Notes: generated by a model not told the origin, from the letters alone. A stretch of 61,280 nucleotides of DNA, filler included, from 3 parts of 3 records of this genome joined end to end with filler, not necessarily neighbours in it; one strand, 5' to 3'; numbered from the whole stretch's first letter, positions 20,263-31,320 are shown. Translations and numbers: made by a program.

Positions 20263-21501
20263 TTATTCAGAAATAGAATTTGGTATTTTATCAGGTTTTT
20301 CATATTTTCCAATTACAGGAAGTAAAACCATAAAATGAAGAAAATAATAAAAAGCTGCAATTCTACTGATTAAAATATATGGCTCTTCTGCAGGCATCCC
20401 GCCAACAATACCAAGTATTATACAATTAGTAAATAAAACCCAAAAAAATTTCTTATATATAGGCCTATAATTACTACTTCTTACTTTTGAAGTATCTAGC
20501 CAAGGAATAAAAAATAATATAATAATAGAAAGAAACATTAAAATAACTCCTCCTAGTTTTGAAGGAACTGCTCTTAATATTGCATAAAATGGCAAAAAAT
20601 ACCATTCTGGAACTATATGCTCTGGTGTTACCATTGGATTTGCTGGTATATAATTATCTGGATGGCCAAGTTTATTTGGCATATAAAATATGAAAAAAGA
20701 AAATATTATAAAATATACTCCAAAACCCACGAAATCCTTTACTGTATAGTAAGGGTGAAAATTTATTGTATCTTTTTTTGATTTAACATCTACTCCTTTT
20801 GGATTATTGGATCCATGAACATGAAGAGCTGTAATATGAATTATTGCAAAAAATATCAGTATAAAAGGAAGTAAATAATGAAGAGCATAAAATCTATTTA
20901 ATGTTGGGTTATCAACAGAGTATCCTCCCCATAACCATTTGACTATAGATTCTCCAAATACAGGAATAGCTGAAAATAAATTAGTAATTACAGTAGCTCC
21001 CCAATAACTCATCTGTCCCCATGGTAAAACATAACCCATAAAGGCTGTTGCCATCATAATTAAAAACATAACAAGTCCTATATGCCATAATAACTCTCTT
21101 GGATATTTATATGAACCATAATATAAAGCTCTAAATATATGTATATAAATAGTAAGAAAAAACATCGATGCTCCATTTGAATGCATATACCTTATAAGCC
21201 ATCCATAATTTACATTTCTCATTATATTTTCAACACTATTAAAAGCATGATCAATATGAGGAGTATAATGCATAGCTAAGAATAAACCCGTAACTACTTG
21301 AATTATCAATGCAATACCTGCAATAGATCCCAAATTCCACAGATAATTTAAATTCTTTGGAGTTTGATATGTTCTGAAATGTTTTAAAAATGAAAATATT
21401 GGAAGCCTATATTCTATCCAGCTAATTATATTATTATCATTTAAATTATCTTCTTTATTACTATTATTATTTTTAGTATTGTTAATGTTATTATTATTCA
21501 T
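20263..21501 (-). CDS. petB: Cytochrome b of the bc1 complex (ATG at 21501 preferred over TTG at 21513)
   Basis: [51 protein letters not shown]. Confidence 0.97.
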   Translation of the reverse strand: MNNNNINNTKNNNSNKEDNLNDNNIISWIEYRLPIFSFLKHFRTYQTPKNLNYLWNLGSIAGIALIIQVVTGLFLAMHYTPHIDHAFNSVENIMRNVNYGWLIRYMHSNGASMFFLTIYIHIFRALYYGSYKYPRELLWHIGLVMFLIMMATAFMGYVLPWGQMSYWGATVITNLFSAIPVFGESIVKWLWGGYSVDNPTLNRFYALHYLLPFILIFFAIIHITALHVHGSNNPKGVDVKSKKDTINFHPYYTVKDFVGFGVYFIIFSFFIFYMPNKLGHPDNYIPANPMVTPEHIVPEWYFLPFYAILRAVPSKLGGVILMFLSIIILFFIPWLDTSKVRSSNYRPIYKKFFWVLFTNCIILGIVGGMPAEEPYILISRIAAFYYFLHFMVLLPVIGKYEKPDKIPNSISE

Positions 21502-21505
21502 AAGA

Positions 21506-22093
21506 TTAACCAATTAATATTTTTTTATCTGAAATAAACTTATATGAAGGAACTTCTAAATTTTTTGGAGCTGGCCCCTTTCTGACCCTACCTGAAGTAT
21601 CATAATGTGATCCATGACATGCACAAAACCAACCATTATAATCGCCTTGATTTATTGTAGGAACGCATCCTAAATGAGTACATACACCTATAGTTACAAG
21701 CCATTCTTTATGGTTATCTTTTACTCTATTAGAATCACTTTCAGGATCAGGTAATATTGATATATCAATATTTTCAGCTTGACTAATTTCATCTTGAGTT
21801 CTGTTTTTAATAAAAACAGGCTTACCCCTCCATTTGATAACTTTCGTTTGTCCTGTTTTTATTTCAGATAGATCCACTTCAACAGATGATTTAGCTTCAA
21901 CATCAGCAGAAGGGTTCATTGAGTCTATAAATGGAATTGATGCGCATACGGCTCCAGCTGCGCACATACTTGTAGCTGATAGTGTTATAAAGTCCCTTCT
22001 AGTTGACTCTTTATCTAAAGTTTTATTTAAATTATTTTTAAGATTACTAGATTTATTTTTAACTTGTTTTGATTTACTATTAGTATTAATCAT
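21506..22093 (-). CDS. petA: Rieske Fe-S subunit of the bc1 complex
   Basis: Tat motif [27 protein letters not shown]. Confidence 0.97.
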   Translation of the reverse strand: MINTNSKSKQVKNKSSNLKNNLNKTLDKESTRRDFITLSATSMCAAGAVCASIPFIDSMNPSADVEAKSSVEVDLSEIKTGQTKVIKWRGKPVFIKNRTQDEISQAENIDISILPDPESDSNRVKDNHKEWLVTIGVCTHLGCVPTINQGDYNGWFCACHGSHYDTSGRVRKGPAPKNLEVPSYKFISDKKILIG

Positions 22094-22496
22094 ATATTTA
22101 ATTTTAAAATATCTACTCCTTTATAAAAAAAAAATTTAAGTTGAACAAGAAATGTTTAAATAATTTATCATTATTATTACTATTTATTATTTTTAATGAT
22201 ACAATTATTATACTAAGCTTATATTAATAAAATATAATTACTTAAAATATTTATTAAATAATATAATTATTTAATAATATTTATAACGATAAATATTATC
22301 ATATTACTAAGTAAAAATAATTATTTGATATATCTATTTATACAACAGAAATCATATATAAATAATAATATGATATTTATTTATTATTTATTTCTTGAAA
22401 ATTAAATCTAAAAAGTTCATACTGTTTTTATAGGCTTAGAATTTACATTATTTTAAGCTTTAAATATGTTACTTATAATTAATTTGAGGTAAATAC

Positions 22497-23981
22497 ATGG
22501 CTGAAGACTTAGGAAATAAACCAAATGATAATATTGAGTTTAATGATGATAAATTCATAAACCCACCAAATAAAGAAGTTGACGACGAGATCTATAAATC
22601 TTTTCAAGAAAGCCTTAAAATTAGACAAAATGAAATAATTTCTAAACATTTAAAATCTAATTACCCAAATTTAGATAATATCACCCCAAAAGAAATTTTT
22701 AATTCAGAAGATGAAGAAATACAGAAAAAAATTCAAGATTTATACAAAAATAGAGAATTTAATTTAGATCTTAAGTATGCAGAAGAAAAAGCCCATGCTG
22801 AAATTTTTAAGAAACACAAAGACCATTTTAAAAATATAGATTGGGAACAAAAATCAGATGATACAAGAATAAAAACTTTAAAAAATTCTGATGGACAAGA
22901 TATATGTAAGTTAACTGAAACTATGAATGAAGGTTTTGATGTACAAACTAGTAAAGGAAATATCGTTAATATACAAAAATATAGAAATATTGATATTAAA
23001 CCTGAACTAGATGATGTTTCTGGACCTGTGCATATGTCTTTTGCTCTTAAAAAAGCTAACGGAAAAAATATAGATGCTGATAAAGCAGTTTATTTTACTG
23101 TACATTATGATGATAATGGAAAACTAGCTGACATGTCTTATCCTCAGGCACTTCAATTTGATCCTAAAACAAAAGTTGGATATATAGAAAGAGATGGAGA
23201 AGTTTATACACTTCCTATTAAAGAGAATCAGTTTAATGAATTACAAAAAGAATTATTTAAAAATACAAGTCAAGCTCAAGATATATATACAGTACTAGAT
23301 AAAACAAATTCTAGAAATAAAGATCTTAAAGAAGAAGTTAAAAATCCTGAACATAACAACATTAAAGATCCTATAAGATTTAAAGTAGTTTCAGATAAAA
23401 TGGAAAATCATCCTCTTTATAAAAAAGGTCAAAAAGAAGCTGATTCTCAAGCAAATAGTGCAAGTCAGAATATAAAAAGTGATATTGAATCAAGTAATAG
23501 TAATAAAGATTCAGTTAAAAATGAAAAAGATGGACAAATCAAACTTAAAGTAAAAGCTGATAGTTTAGAGAACCATCCTTTATTTAAAGAAGGTTCTAAA
23601 AATTCTAAATTAGTTGATAAAGATTATAGCTTTGCTGATAATAAAGATACCTCAAAAGAAAAAAAATATCCAAAAAATTGGGATGAAATGAGTATGAAGG
23701 AAAAAATTGCTTTTTTTGAGAATATATCAAATGTAAATAGCCCTAATAAAACACAAAATAAAACTCAAGAAATACATCAAGAAATAAAACCAAACAGTAA
23801 AAATGAAAAATCCAATAAGAATGGTGTAGAAAAAAATAATAAACAAGAACTAAATTATAATAATAAATTAGATCCTGGAAGTTCTGTTGGTGATAAAATA
23901 AAATATTTTAATGAGCGATCAAAATCAGATGAGAGAATTCCTGTACCTAACAACAGATCAAAACCAACCCGCGGTAGATAA
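22497..23981 (+). CDS. sca4: Sca4-like (rickettsial 120-kDa antigen domain) protein, short form
   Basis: YRNIDI...GPVHMSFALK..NG...DKAVYFTVHYD...GYIERDGEVYTLPI resembles the Sca4 N-terminal domain as recalled; GAGG RBS upstream. Confidence 0.75.
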   Translation: MAEDLGNKPNDNIEFNDDKFINPPNKEVDDEIYKSFQESLKIRQNEIISKHLKSNYPNLDNITPKEIFNSEDEEIQKKIQDLYKNREFNLDLKYAEEKAHAEIFKKHKDHFKNIDWEQKSDDTRIKTLKNSDGQDICKLTETMNEGFDVQTSKGNIVNIQKYRNIDIKPELDDVSGPVHMSFALKKANGKNIDADKAVYFTVHYDDNGKLADMSYPQALQFDPKTKVGYIERDGEVYTLPIKENQFNELQKELFKNTSQAQDIYTVLDKTNSRNKDLKEEVKNPEHNNIKDPIRFKVVSDKMENHPLYKKGQKEADSQANSASQNIKSDIESSNSNKDSVKNEKDGQIKLKVKADSLENHPLFKEGSKNSKLVDKDYSFADNKDTSKEKKYPKNWDEMSMKEKIAFFENISNVNSPNKTQNKTQEIHQEIKPNSKNEKSNKNGVEKNNKQELNYNNKLDPGSSVGDKIKYFNERSKSDERIPVPNNRSKPTRGR

Positions 23982-24027
23982 TCATTTACTTCTCAAAATT
24001 AATTACCATTAAGTATTTTTGTAAAAG

Positions 24028-24621
24028 TTATTTAGATAATTGGTTTAACTTCTCTATTAGGTGTTTTATTCCTTGATTTGATAATATTGAGGAAAATTCT
24101 GATTTTTGAGTTTCTATAAGACTTACGCCCTCAGTTATAATGTCATTAACTTTAAAAATATCATTTATAGCATATACCACAAAATCCATACTATATTTAG
24201 TATTTTGATTAGTAATTTCTGCTTTAACTATATATTCATTTTTATCTATCTCATGAACTCCGATAACACTAAATTTCTGTCCTCTATATAAAGAAATAGA
24301 CTGTGAATATGTGTTTATAACGTATTTTTCATAAGCTTTTTGATATTCTTCAATATAATTTGGATTAACATTATATTTATTTCTTCCAAGAGCTCTTAAT
24401 GACATTTTATTTAAGTCTAAATTATTTTTAAGAGAGATTTGAGCTTTTTTAATCTTACTATTTAAAGAAAGTTCATTATTATCAAGCAAACTGAATGAAA
24501 TATTCACTAGATTATCTACATAACTTACAAGCTTATCTTTAATAGATAGGCTTGCATAAATATTAGAGGATATTAGTAAAGAAGCAAATATTAATTTGAA
24601 ATATTTAAAATTGATACTCAT
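24028..24621 (-). CDS. mlaC: Phospholipid-binding periplasmic protein MlaC/Ttg2D
   Basis: Signal peptide, D...MS..ALG, FKVNDIITEGVSLIETQKSEF; adjacent to mlaA. Confidence 0.85.
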   Translation of the reverse strand: MSINFKYFKLIFASLLISSNIYASLSIKDKLVSYVDNLVNISFSLLDNNELSLNSKIKKAQISLKNNLDLNKMSLRALGRNKYNVNPNYIEEYQKAYEKYVINTYSQSISLYRGQKFSVIGVHEIDKNEYIVKAEITNQNTKYSMDFVVYAINDIFKVNDIITEGVSLIETQKSEFSSILSNQGIKHLIEKLNQLSK

Positions 24622-24638
24622 AATTAATTATAAAATTG

Positions 24639-25424
24639 TTAATAAGGACAAATAAAATTCTTAGGATACTCGTTTTTAGACTCGATCTTTTGCATAATCA
24701 TACTTCTAATTGAAGCATATGGATCCAAAGAATATTTTGATATATGATCAGTTATATTAAATAGTTTAGCTCGATGATCTATTGTTTCTATTGAAAAAAA
24801 CATTTTATTAACATCATCACTACTACTATATTTTAAGTAATTTAAATGTTTAAATAGTATAATATCAACCATATCTCTAAGTGAAGTACCTCCAAATATA
24901 GGTAAAACAATATATGGTCCTGGTGCTGCCCCATAATATGCTAAACTATTTCCTATATATTGAATTTTTAATTTAATATTAGCTTTCTGAGCAATATCTT
25001 CTGTACCAAACTTTCCAAGAGTTGAATTTATCATAAACCTCCAAATACTAAGTAACGATTTTTCAAATCTACCTTGAATAGTATAATTTAATGCAGAATA
25101 AGGCTCCTCTATATTGTTTACAAAATTACTTACATATTCTTTAGTTCTGTTACTAAAAAACTCATTATATCCCCTAGCAATAGGAGATAAAAAAATATGA
25201 TCTATTACTCCATTAAATTTAAATATTTTTCTATTAAATTTTTCATATGGATCTAAAATTTCTAGACATTTATTTTTATTAAAGCTCTTAAAGTTATTAT
25301 TATCTGTTTTTGATATATTAATAAATGATAATAACATTAAAAAAGTTATAGATATAATTTTGAATATGACTAAAAAATTACTTCTCAAATATAAAAAAAA
25401 CATATTTACCTTTGTTAAATTCAA
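24639..25424 (-). CDS. mlaA: MlaA/VacJ family protein (start uncertain)
   Basis: DPYEKFNRKIFKFN, RFMINSTLG, GPYIVLPIFGGTSLRD, DPYASIRS. Confidence 0.9.
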   Translation of the reverse strand: MNLTKVNMFFLYLRSNFLVIFKIISITFLMLLSFINISKTDNNNFKSFNKNKCLEILDPYEKFNRKIFKFNGVIDHIFLSPIARGYNEFFSNRTKEYVSNFVNNIEEPYSALNYTIQGRFEKSLLSIWRFMINSTLGKFGTEDIAQKANIKLKIQYIGNSLAYYGAAPGPYIVLPIFGGTSLRDMVDIILFKHLNYLKYSSSDDVNKMFFSIETIDHRAKLFNITDHISKYSLDPYASIRSMIMQKIESKNEYPKNFICPY

Positions 25425-26406
25425 ATGATTTATAAGACTTAATTTCTTTATGATTATTTAATATCTTCTCTAAATCTTTTCTAGAGTATAAAAAAGAGCT
25501 AAAATCATTACTAATTTTAGTTTGCTGGTTAATTTCAAACATTATAGCAGCTTTTCCTTTAGCTTCCAATATAGAAATTATTTTATAAATTTCATCTGAT
25601 ATATCTTGCTTATAATTAATTCCATTTAGAGATATTATTATATCATATTTTTCACTTATCTTTTGTGTATCTATATCTTTTAGAAAATCCCTTACTGATA
25701 ATTTAATATTTTTATTACTTTTTATTTTACTATTATTATCCTTATCTAAAATATATTTTGAACAAGAGTTACTACCTAAATCACCAATGACTTTATAGTA
25801 AATATCATGATTAACAGAATTATGATTAAAAAACTTTAAAAATCCTCCGTTACTTATTGATAATTCTAATATATTTAAATTTTTGTTATTAGAAAAATCG
25901 TAGACTGAAAATAATTTATCAAATAGAGATTTATACAAATACTCTATTTTATTTTGATATATTTTATCCTTAAAAACTTTTAAATATTCATATATATCAT
26001 TTGGAATTTCTTTAGGTAAATTAACATTATTAATAAAACTTAGAATATTATATTTATCAATTTCATCTGATTTTTCTAAATAAAATACTGCTCTATTTAG
26101 TTTATGAGATAGTAAGTAAGATATGCCTAAATAATAATATAGTTTCTTATTATTTTTTAAAAAGAATTTACCTGTAATTCTAAACCTAATTATTGCATCT
26201 TGTAAGTTTCCTTGACTTAAATGATACAATCCAAGATTAATATTTGTTTCACCAATATTATGTATTTTAGTTATAATATTTTTAATTATATTATAATTAT
26301 ATCCTATAAAATTATAGATATGAAAAGGAAATGATATTATTAAATCAAATATCTTTAAAAACAGGGATTTTAAAGATAAAAAATATTTTGATAATTTTCT
26401 TAACAT
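25378..26406 (-). CDS. TPR-containing protein with a degenerate class I methyltransferase-like domain
   Basis: TPR-like NLGLYHLSQGNLQDAIIRF...YYYLGISYL; ILELSISNGG (decayed motif I), YDIIIS, ILEAKG. Confidence 0.55.
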   Translation of the reverse strand: MLRKLSKYFLSLKSLFLKIFDLIISFPFHIYNFIGYNYNIIKNIITKIHNIGETNINLGLYHLSQGNLQDAIIRFRITGKFFLKNNKKLYYYLGISYLLSHKLNRAVFYLEKSDEIDKYNILSFINNVNLPKEIPNDIYEYLKVFKDKIYQNKIEYLYKSLFDKLFSVYDFSNNKNLNILELSISNGGFLKFFNHNSVNHDIYYKVIGDLGSNSCSKYILDKDNNSKIKSNKNIKLSVRDFLKDIDTQKISEKYDIIISLNGINYKQDISDEIYKIISILEAKGKAAIMFEINQQTKISNDFSSFLYSRKDLEKILNNHKEIKSYKSFEFNKGKYVFFIFEK

Positions 26407-26462
26407 TATTTAGGTTTTTTGTAGAATAGTATATAGCTCAGTTTAACAAAGTAAATAATATA

Positions 26463-27596
26463 ATGAATCTAAAAGCAAGAAAGCTATTAGGCATATTACC
26501 ATCTCTTACCTTACAAATATCTCAGAAAGCTAACAAGTTAAAAGAACTTGGTCATGATGTTATATCATTGGGAGTTGGAGAGCCATATTTTGATACACCA
26601 GATCATATTAAAAAAGCAGCTATTGAAGCTATACAAAAAGGAGAAACTAAATATACTAATTCTTCAGGTGATTTAAGGCTTAAAAATGCTATTGTAAAGA
26701 AATATCAATATAAATATAACTTAAATTATAGTGAAAATGAAATAATAGTTTCAAGCGGAGCTAAACAAGTATTATATAATATATTAAATGCAACCCTTAA
26801 TGAAAATGATGAGGTAATTATACCTAAGCCTTACTGGGTCTCATACCCTGAAATAGTAAAACTTGCAGGCGGCATTCCAAGATTTTTAGAATGTTCATAC
26901 AAAAATCAATTTAAAATAAATATAGAATCGCTAAGATTCGCAATAAATAAAAATACTAAATGGATAATTATTAATTCACCAAATAATCCTTCTGGATATA
27001 TGTATAGCAAGGGTGAGCTTCTTAAGCTTTCAAAATTTTTACTTAAATACCCAGATATTTATATTTTAAGTGATGATATTTATGAAGATATCTTACTTAG
27101 TAAAGATAATTTCTATAATATAGCTATGGTTAATCCCAAATTGAAAGATAGAGTTTTTATTGTAAGCGGAGTGTCTAAAACTTATTCAATGACAGGCTTT
27201 AGAATAGGATATGGACTTGGTAATAAAAACTTAGTTAAATATGCAGGTCTTGTTCAGTCTCAAAGTACGTCATGCCCCTGCTCTATTTCTCAAATTGCGT
27301 CTATGCAAGCCTTAAACTCTGATCAGTCTTACTTAAAGGATTTTAATAATAATTATAGAAATAAATTAGAAATAATAACAAATTATATAAATGAAATAGA
27401 AGGACTAAATGTTGATTTTATACCTAAAGGTGCATTTTATTTATTTATATCTTGTAAAAATTTTATTAACAAAATTAATCCAAATACTAATAATATTATT
27501 AAAAACTCAGGTGATTTTGTTGATTTCTTACTCATAGATGCTAATGTAACTGTAGTTCCTGGAATAGCATTTGGAATGGATGATTATTTTAGAATA
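26463..27596 (+). CDS. aatA: Aspartate aminotransferase (class I PLP), 3' end truncated at the contig end
   Basis: SLGVGEP.FDTP, NSPNNPSG, SDDIYE, GVSKTYSMTGFRIGY, VVPGIAFG. Confidence 0.93.
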
Positions 27597-27696
27597 NNNN
27601 NNNNNNNNNNNNNNNNNNNNNNNNNNNNNNNNNNNNNNNNTTAATTAATTAANNNNNNNNNNNNNNNNNNNNNNNNNNNNNNNNNNNNNNNNNNNN
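27597..27696. other. Artificial contig spacer
   Basis: 44 N + TTAATTAATTAA (stops in all six frames) + 44 N. Confidence 0.98.
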
Positions 27697-27769
27697 GCTC
27701 CCCGGGCCGGATTCGAACCAGCGACCGAACGGTTAACAGCCGTTTGCTCTACCACTGAGCTACCGAGGA
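27697..27769 (-). tRNA. tRNA-Asn(GTT); 3' CCA cut by the contig edge
   Basis: Reverse complement TCCTCGGTAGCTCAGTGGTAGAGCAAACGGCT-GTT-AACCGTTCGGTCGCTGGTTCGAATCCGGCCCGGGGAGC folds as a cloverleaf. Confidence 0.96.
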
Positions 27770-28042
27770 ACTCTTCATGAATAAGCTTTATAACAAAATT
27801 TAAAAGTATGGTCCAGTTTTTTTTGAAATATATTAATATTTCTTTTCATAAATCTCTATTTGATATCAATAAATATAATAAGTTTATTACTATTAATTTT
27901 TAATAAAACATTAATAAAGCTATTAAATAAAGCTAAACTCCTATATATGAAGATTTAAAAAAATAATATATATACTTAATTAAGTAGCAAATAAATATTT
28001 TAATTGCTATTATGAATATTTAGTAAAAAATTAATTTATGTT

Positions 28043-28819
28043 ATGAAGAAAAATTTACTTCTAGCTTCTTTTTTAGGTGGTCTTTTAGCTTCTCTACTTA
28101 CTTATATATATAATTCTAATTTTTTTGAATATTATTTCATTACAAGTAGAGAATTAACTCAAAAACATGAAGATAGTATAACTAAACTTGTAAAAAATTA
28201 TATTGATAAAAACCCAGAAATTATTGTTAATTCTTTTAAAGAATATCAAAAAAACCAACAAAGCCTATATAATAATCAGATCAAAAAAATCCTATTAGAT
28301 AACAAAAAAACACTTTTAAGCCCATTAAACTCCATAGTTATAGGCAATAATAACGCTAAAAACAATATTATAGTATTTTTTGATTATTTATGCACTTATT
28401 GTAGAAGCTCTCATAATACTATTAAAAAAATAATACAATTAAGAGATGATATTAAATTTACTCTAATACCAGTACCACTTCTTAACAAGCAATCCCATGA
28501 AAATATGCAGTTAATATTTGCTTCATTATTAACTGATAAAAAACTTGCTTTCGAAATAAATGAAAGATTAATGCAAAAACCTTTCATAAATGATAAAGAG
28601 CTATTTGAGATACTAAATAAATTTGATAATAATAATGAGGAGATTTTCTCAAGCAGCATTCTTAATTCTGCAAATGAAAACATAAAAAATATTGTAGAAA
28701 TAGTAAAACTTTTAAATATAACCTCAGTTCCTAGTTTTTTTTATAATAATCAGAAATTAGAATTAAGCTCGGATAATCTAAAAGAATATATTAGCAAAAT
28801 TATCCCTAAAGAAAATTGA
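28043..28819 (+). CDS. DsbA/Com1-family thioredoxin-fold protein
   Basis: N-terminal TM, YI..NPEII, FFDYLCTYCR (CxxC), SVPSF cis-Pro loop. Confidence 0.88.
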   Translation: MKKNLLLASFLGGLLASLLTYIYNSNFFEYYFITSRELTQKHEDSITKLVKNYIDKNPEIIVNSFKEYQKNQQSLYNNQIKKILLDNKKTLLSPLNSIVIGNNNAKNNIIVFFDYLCTYCRSSHNTIKKIIQLRDDIKFTLIPVPLLNKQSHENMQLIFASLLTDKKLAFEINERLMQKPFINDKELFEILNKFDNNNEEIFSSSILNSANENIKNIVEIVKLLNITSVPSFFYNNQKLELSSDNLKEYISKIIPKEN

Positions 28820-29128
28820 TTATAGTTTAAGATCTAATACTGAGTGAATTAATTTATAGTCATCAACTATATTTTCATCAGATTTCGATTGAGATTTAGA
28901 TTTAGTCTCAGGCTTAGTTATAGATTTGTTGATATTTTTATTATCTTTTTTTTCTGAAACATTCTTTAATATAGTTTTTGGTGGTTTAATCTCATATTTT
29001 TCAGGAATAACTAACTCGTTATTATTATAGTATAGATTACTATATCTTGGAGATAAACTATCTTTATAAGCTAAATTACAGGAAGTAAGAGCAAATAATA
29101 ATATGGAAAATTTAAAATATTTATTCAT
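28820..29128 (-). CDS. Small lipoprotein (DUF3035-like)
   Basis: Lipobox LTSC, motif LVIPEKYEIKPP, directly downstream of lspA. Confidence 0.6.
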   Translation of the reverse strand: MNKYFKFSILLFALTSCNLAYKDSLSPRYSNLYYNNNELVIPEKYEIKPPKTILKNVSEKKDNKNINKSITKPETKSKSQSKSDENIVDDYKLIHSVLDLKL

Positions 29129-29234
29129 TTCTTTATTATTTAATTTATTTTTATAATTTGTTTTAAGATACTACATAATAGAATAGTATCTTTCAATTTA
29201 TTTCTTATTTAGTTAATTTTTATCATATTTCAGG

Positions 29235-29744
29235 TTAATTGATTTTTTTCTTATGAAAATAATTTTTTAAAGAATCATAAACAAGAATTAACACACCTAT
29301 ATTAATAAATAAGTCTGCAAAATTAAAAACTGGAAAATTAATCTTAAATAAATTAATATGTATAAAATCAAAAACTGCTCCTCTTATTATTCTATCAAAA
29401 ATATTTCCTATAGCTCCACCAATAACAAAAATATATGCAAAAACTAATAATTTACTAACAGAAGCTATTAATAAATAAATTAAGAAAATCACCAAAACTA
29501 TATTTGTGAATAAAAATATATTATTAGCAAGTGAATAATAGTCACTAAACATTCCAAAGCTAACACCATAATTCCAAAAATAAACTAAATTTAAACAAGG
29601 AAAAATATTATAAACATAGAATGGTTGAGTTTTTAGAAAATTAATTAATAAATATTTAGATATTTGATCAATAAATATTAGCACAAATATAAATGGTAAT
29701 GTTTTTAAAACTTGCTTAAAAATAAGTTTATTATTAGATATCAT
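29235..29744 (-). CDS. lspA: Lipoprotein signal peptidase II
   Basis: IDQISK, WNYGVSFG, GGAIGNIFDR, VFDFI, FNFAD. Confidence 0.96.
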   Translation of the reverse strand: MISNNKLIFKQVLKTLPFIFVLIFIDQISKYLLINFLKTQPFYVYNIFPCLNLVYFWNYGVSFGMFSDYYSLANNIFLFTNIVLVIFLIYLLIASVSKLLVFAYIFVIGGAIGNIFDRIIRGAVFDFIHINLFKINFPVFNFADLFINIGVLILVYDSLKNYFHKKKIN

Positions 29745-29776
29745 AAATTTTTAATGTAACTTAGTTCAATATATCT

Positions 29777-29806
29777 TTGACTTTCTTAAATAAATTATGT
29801 AAAAAT
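29777..29806 (+). promoter_or_regulatory. Possible sigma70 promoter for tRNA-Leu/bamD
   Basis: TTGACT, 17-nt spacer, TAAAAA just upstream of the tRNA. Confidence 0.4.
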
Positions 29807-29817
29807 CTCTTAAATAT

Positions 29818-29905
29818 GCCCCTGTGGTGGAATTGGTAGACACGGTAGACTCAAAATCTACAGTTCATACTGAACGTGCTGGTTCAAATCCGGCCAGGGG
29901 TACCA
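29818..29905 (+). tRNA. tRNA-Leu(CAA)
   Basis: GCCCCTGTGGTGGAATTGGTAGACACG-GTAGA-CT-CAA-AA-TCTAC, long variable arm, GGTTCAAATCC, ends GGGGTACCA. Confidence 0.95.
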
Positions 29906-29920
29906 GTATATAGAGGAAAA

Positions 29921-30670
29921 ATGATTAAAACAATAAAATATAAAGCAAGCATAATTTTGTTTTTGTTTCTAGCTTCATGCGCAACTAAAATACAAGATGA
30001 AGAAATAGTTCCAGCTGAAACTATATATGAGGAAGCTGAAAAATTATTAAAACTTAAAAAGTATGAAAGTGCAGCCGACAAATTTGATCAAATATATTTT
30101 CTAAATCCTGGGTCAGAATTAACAATAAAATCAGAGATAATGTCTATGTATTCTTATTTTCTTTCTGGAAAATATAAGGATGTTATTTCTAAAGCTAAAA
30201 ACTTTCAGAAAGTCCATCCTTTATATAAAAATCTTGAATATGTGATATATTTAAAGGCTATGTCGTATTACGCTCAAATATCAGATACAGGACACGAACA
30301 ATCTAATACAATAAATGCAAAACTTTTTTTTAATGAACTAATCACAAATTATCCAGAAAGTAAGTATAGTAAATCTGCTAAGATAAAATTACCACTAATA
30401 GAAATGCAGCTAGCTGAAAAAGAAATGAAAGTAGGTATGTATTATTTGAATAAAAAAAACCCTCTTGCAGCATATCATAGATTTAGTGAAATAGTAGAAA
30501 AATTTCAAAAAACAGCTTATATACAAGAAGCACTTTATAGAATTGTAGAATGCAATTTATTGCTAGGTCTTAGTGACGAAGCTAAAAAATATGCTTCTAT
30601 TTTAATGCATAATTATCCAAATAGTAATTGGTATAAACTTGCATATAATTTGATAGTTGACACTAAATAA
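29921..30670 (+). CDS. bamD: Outer membrane assembly lipoprotein BamD
   Basis: AGAGGA RBS before ATG 29921, lipobox LASC, TPR helices, LAEKEMKVGMYY, EALYRIVE, YPNSNWY; the track's GTG start lies inside the tRNA. Confidence 0.93.
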   Translation: MIKTIKYKASIILFLFLASCATKIQDEEIVPAETIYEEAEKLLKLKKYESAADKFDQIYFLNPGSELTIKSEIMSMYSYFLSGKYKDVISKAKNFQKVHPLYKNLEYVIYLKAMSYYAQISDTGHEQSNTINAKLFFNELITNYPESKYSKSAKIKLPLIEMQLAEKEMKVGMYYLNKKNPLAAYHRFSEIVEKFQKTAYIQEALYRIVECNLLLGLSDEAKKYASILMHNYPNSNWYKLAYNLIVDTK

Positions 30671-30711
30671 CTATATAGCTAATGTAACACTTTATCATAA
30701 AGGTAATTATT

Positions 30712-31293
30712 ATGAAAATCTCGATTGTTGGACAGCATATTTCACTAGGTGGATCATTTCAAGAATATGTTAAAGAAAGAATTGATGAAGTGATTAACAA
30801 ATATTTTAGTACAGCAACTGCTGCTAACATACATTTTGTAAAACATGGATATCTTTATCATTGTGACATATTAATTAATGAAGGCACTGGACATCATTTT
30901 ACTATCAAAAGTGATGCTAATTCTGATGAAATATATTCAAGTTTTGATATAGCAGTTGCTAAACTTGAAAAACAACTTAGAAAGTATAAATCTAAACTTA
31001 AAGATAGACATGGAAGGATTAAACCTTCTGAAACTCAGGAAGCTATCAAATACGTAATGGCTCCTTTTCAAGGTGAAGATTTTGATAGTAATATTGTAGA
31101 TGAAGAAAAACACCCATTAATTATAGCAGAAAAAACTACGCAAATACCTACTCTTACAGTAAGCGAGGCTGTAATGACTATGGATCTTGAAGGCCTTCCT
31201 GCATTAATGTTTAAAAATCATAAATCTAATAAATATAATTTAGTTTATTACAAAAAAGACGGTAATATAGCTTGGGTTGACTCAAAAGATTAG
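30712..31293 (+). CDS. hpf: Ribosome hibernation promoting factor (long HPF/RaiA)
   Basis: MKISIVGQHI, KLEKQLRKYK.KLKD, LTVSEAVMTMDL, NLVYYKKDGNIAWVD. Confidence 0.93.
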   Translation: MKISIVGQHISLGGSFQEYVKERIDEVINKYFSTATAANIHFVKHGYLYHCDILINEGTGHHFTIKSDANSDEIYSSFDIAVAKLEKQLRKYKSKLKDRHGRIKPSETQEAIKYVMAPFQGEDFDSNIVDEEKHPLIIAEKTTQIPTLTVSEAVMTMDLEGLPALMFKNHKSNKYNLVYYKKDGNIAWVDSKD

Positions 31294-31320
31294 TGAGTAT
31301 CAAGTTAATAATCTATAAAG

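Noticed and set aside
22094-22496. 400-nt AT-rich gap as a possible replication origin
   Set aside because: No DnaA boxes were seen; it is explained as the divergent promoter region of petA and sca4
27641-27652. TTAATTAATTAA palindrome, repeated at 53394-53405
   Set aside because: It is a six-frame stop linker inside N padding, an assembly artefact
29876-29920. N-terminal extension of bamD in the ORF track
   Set aside because: It overlaps tRNA-Leu; the real start is ATG 29921 with an RBS and signal peptide
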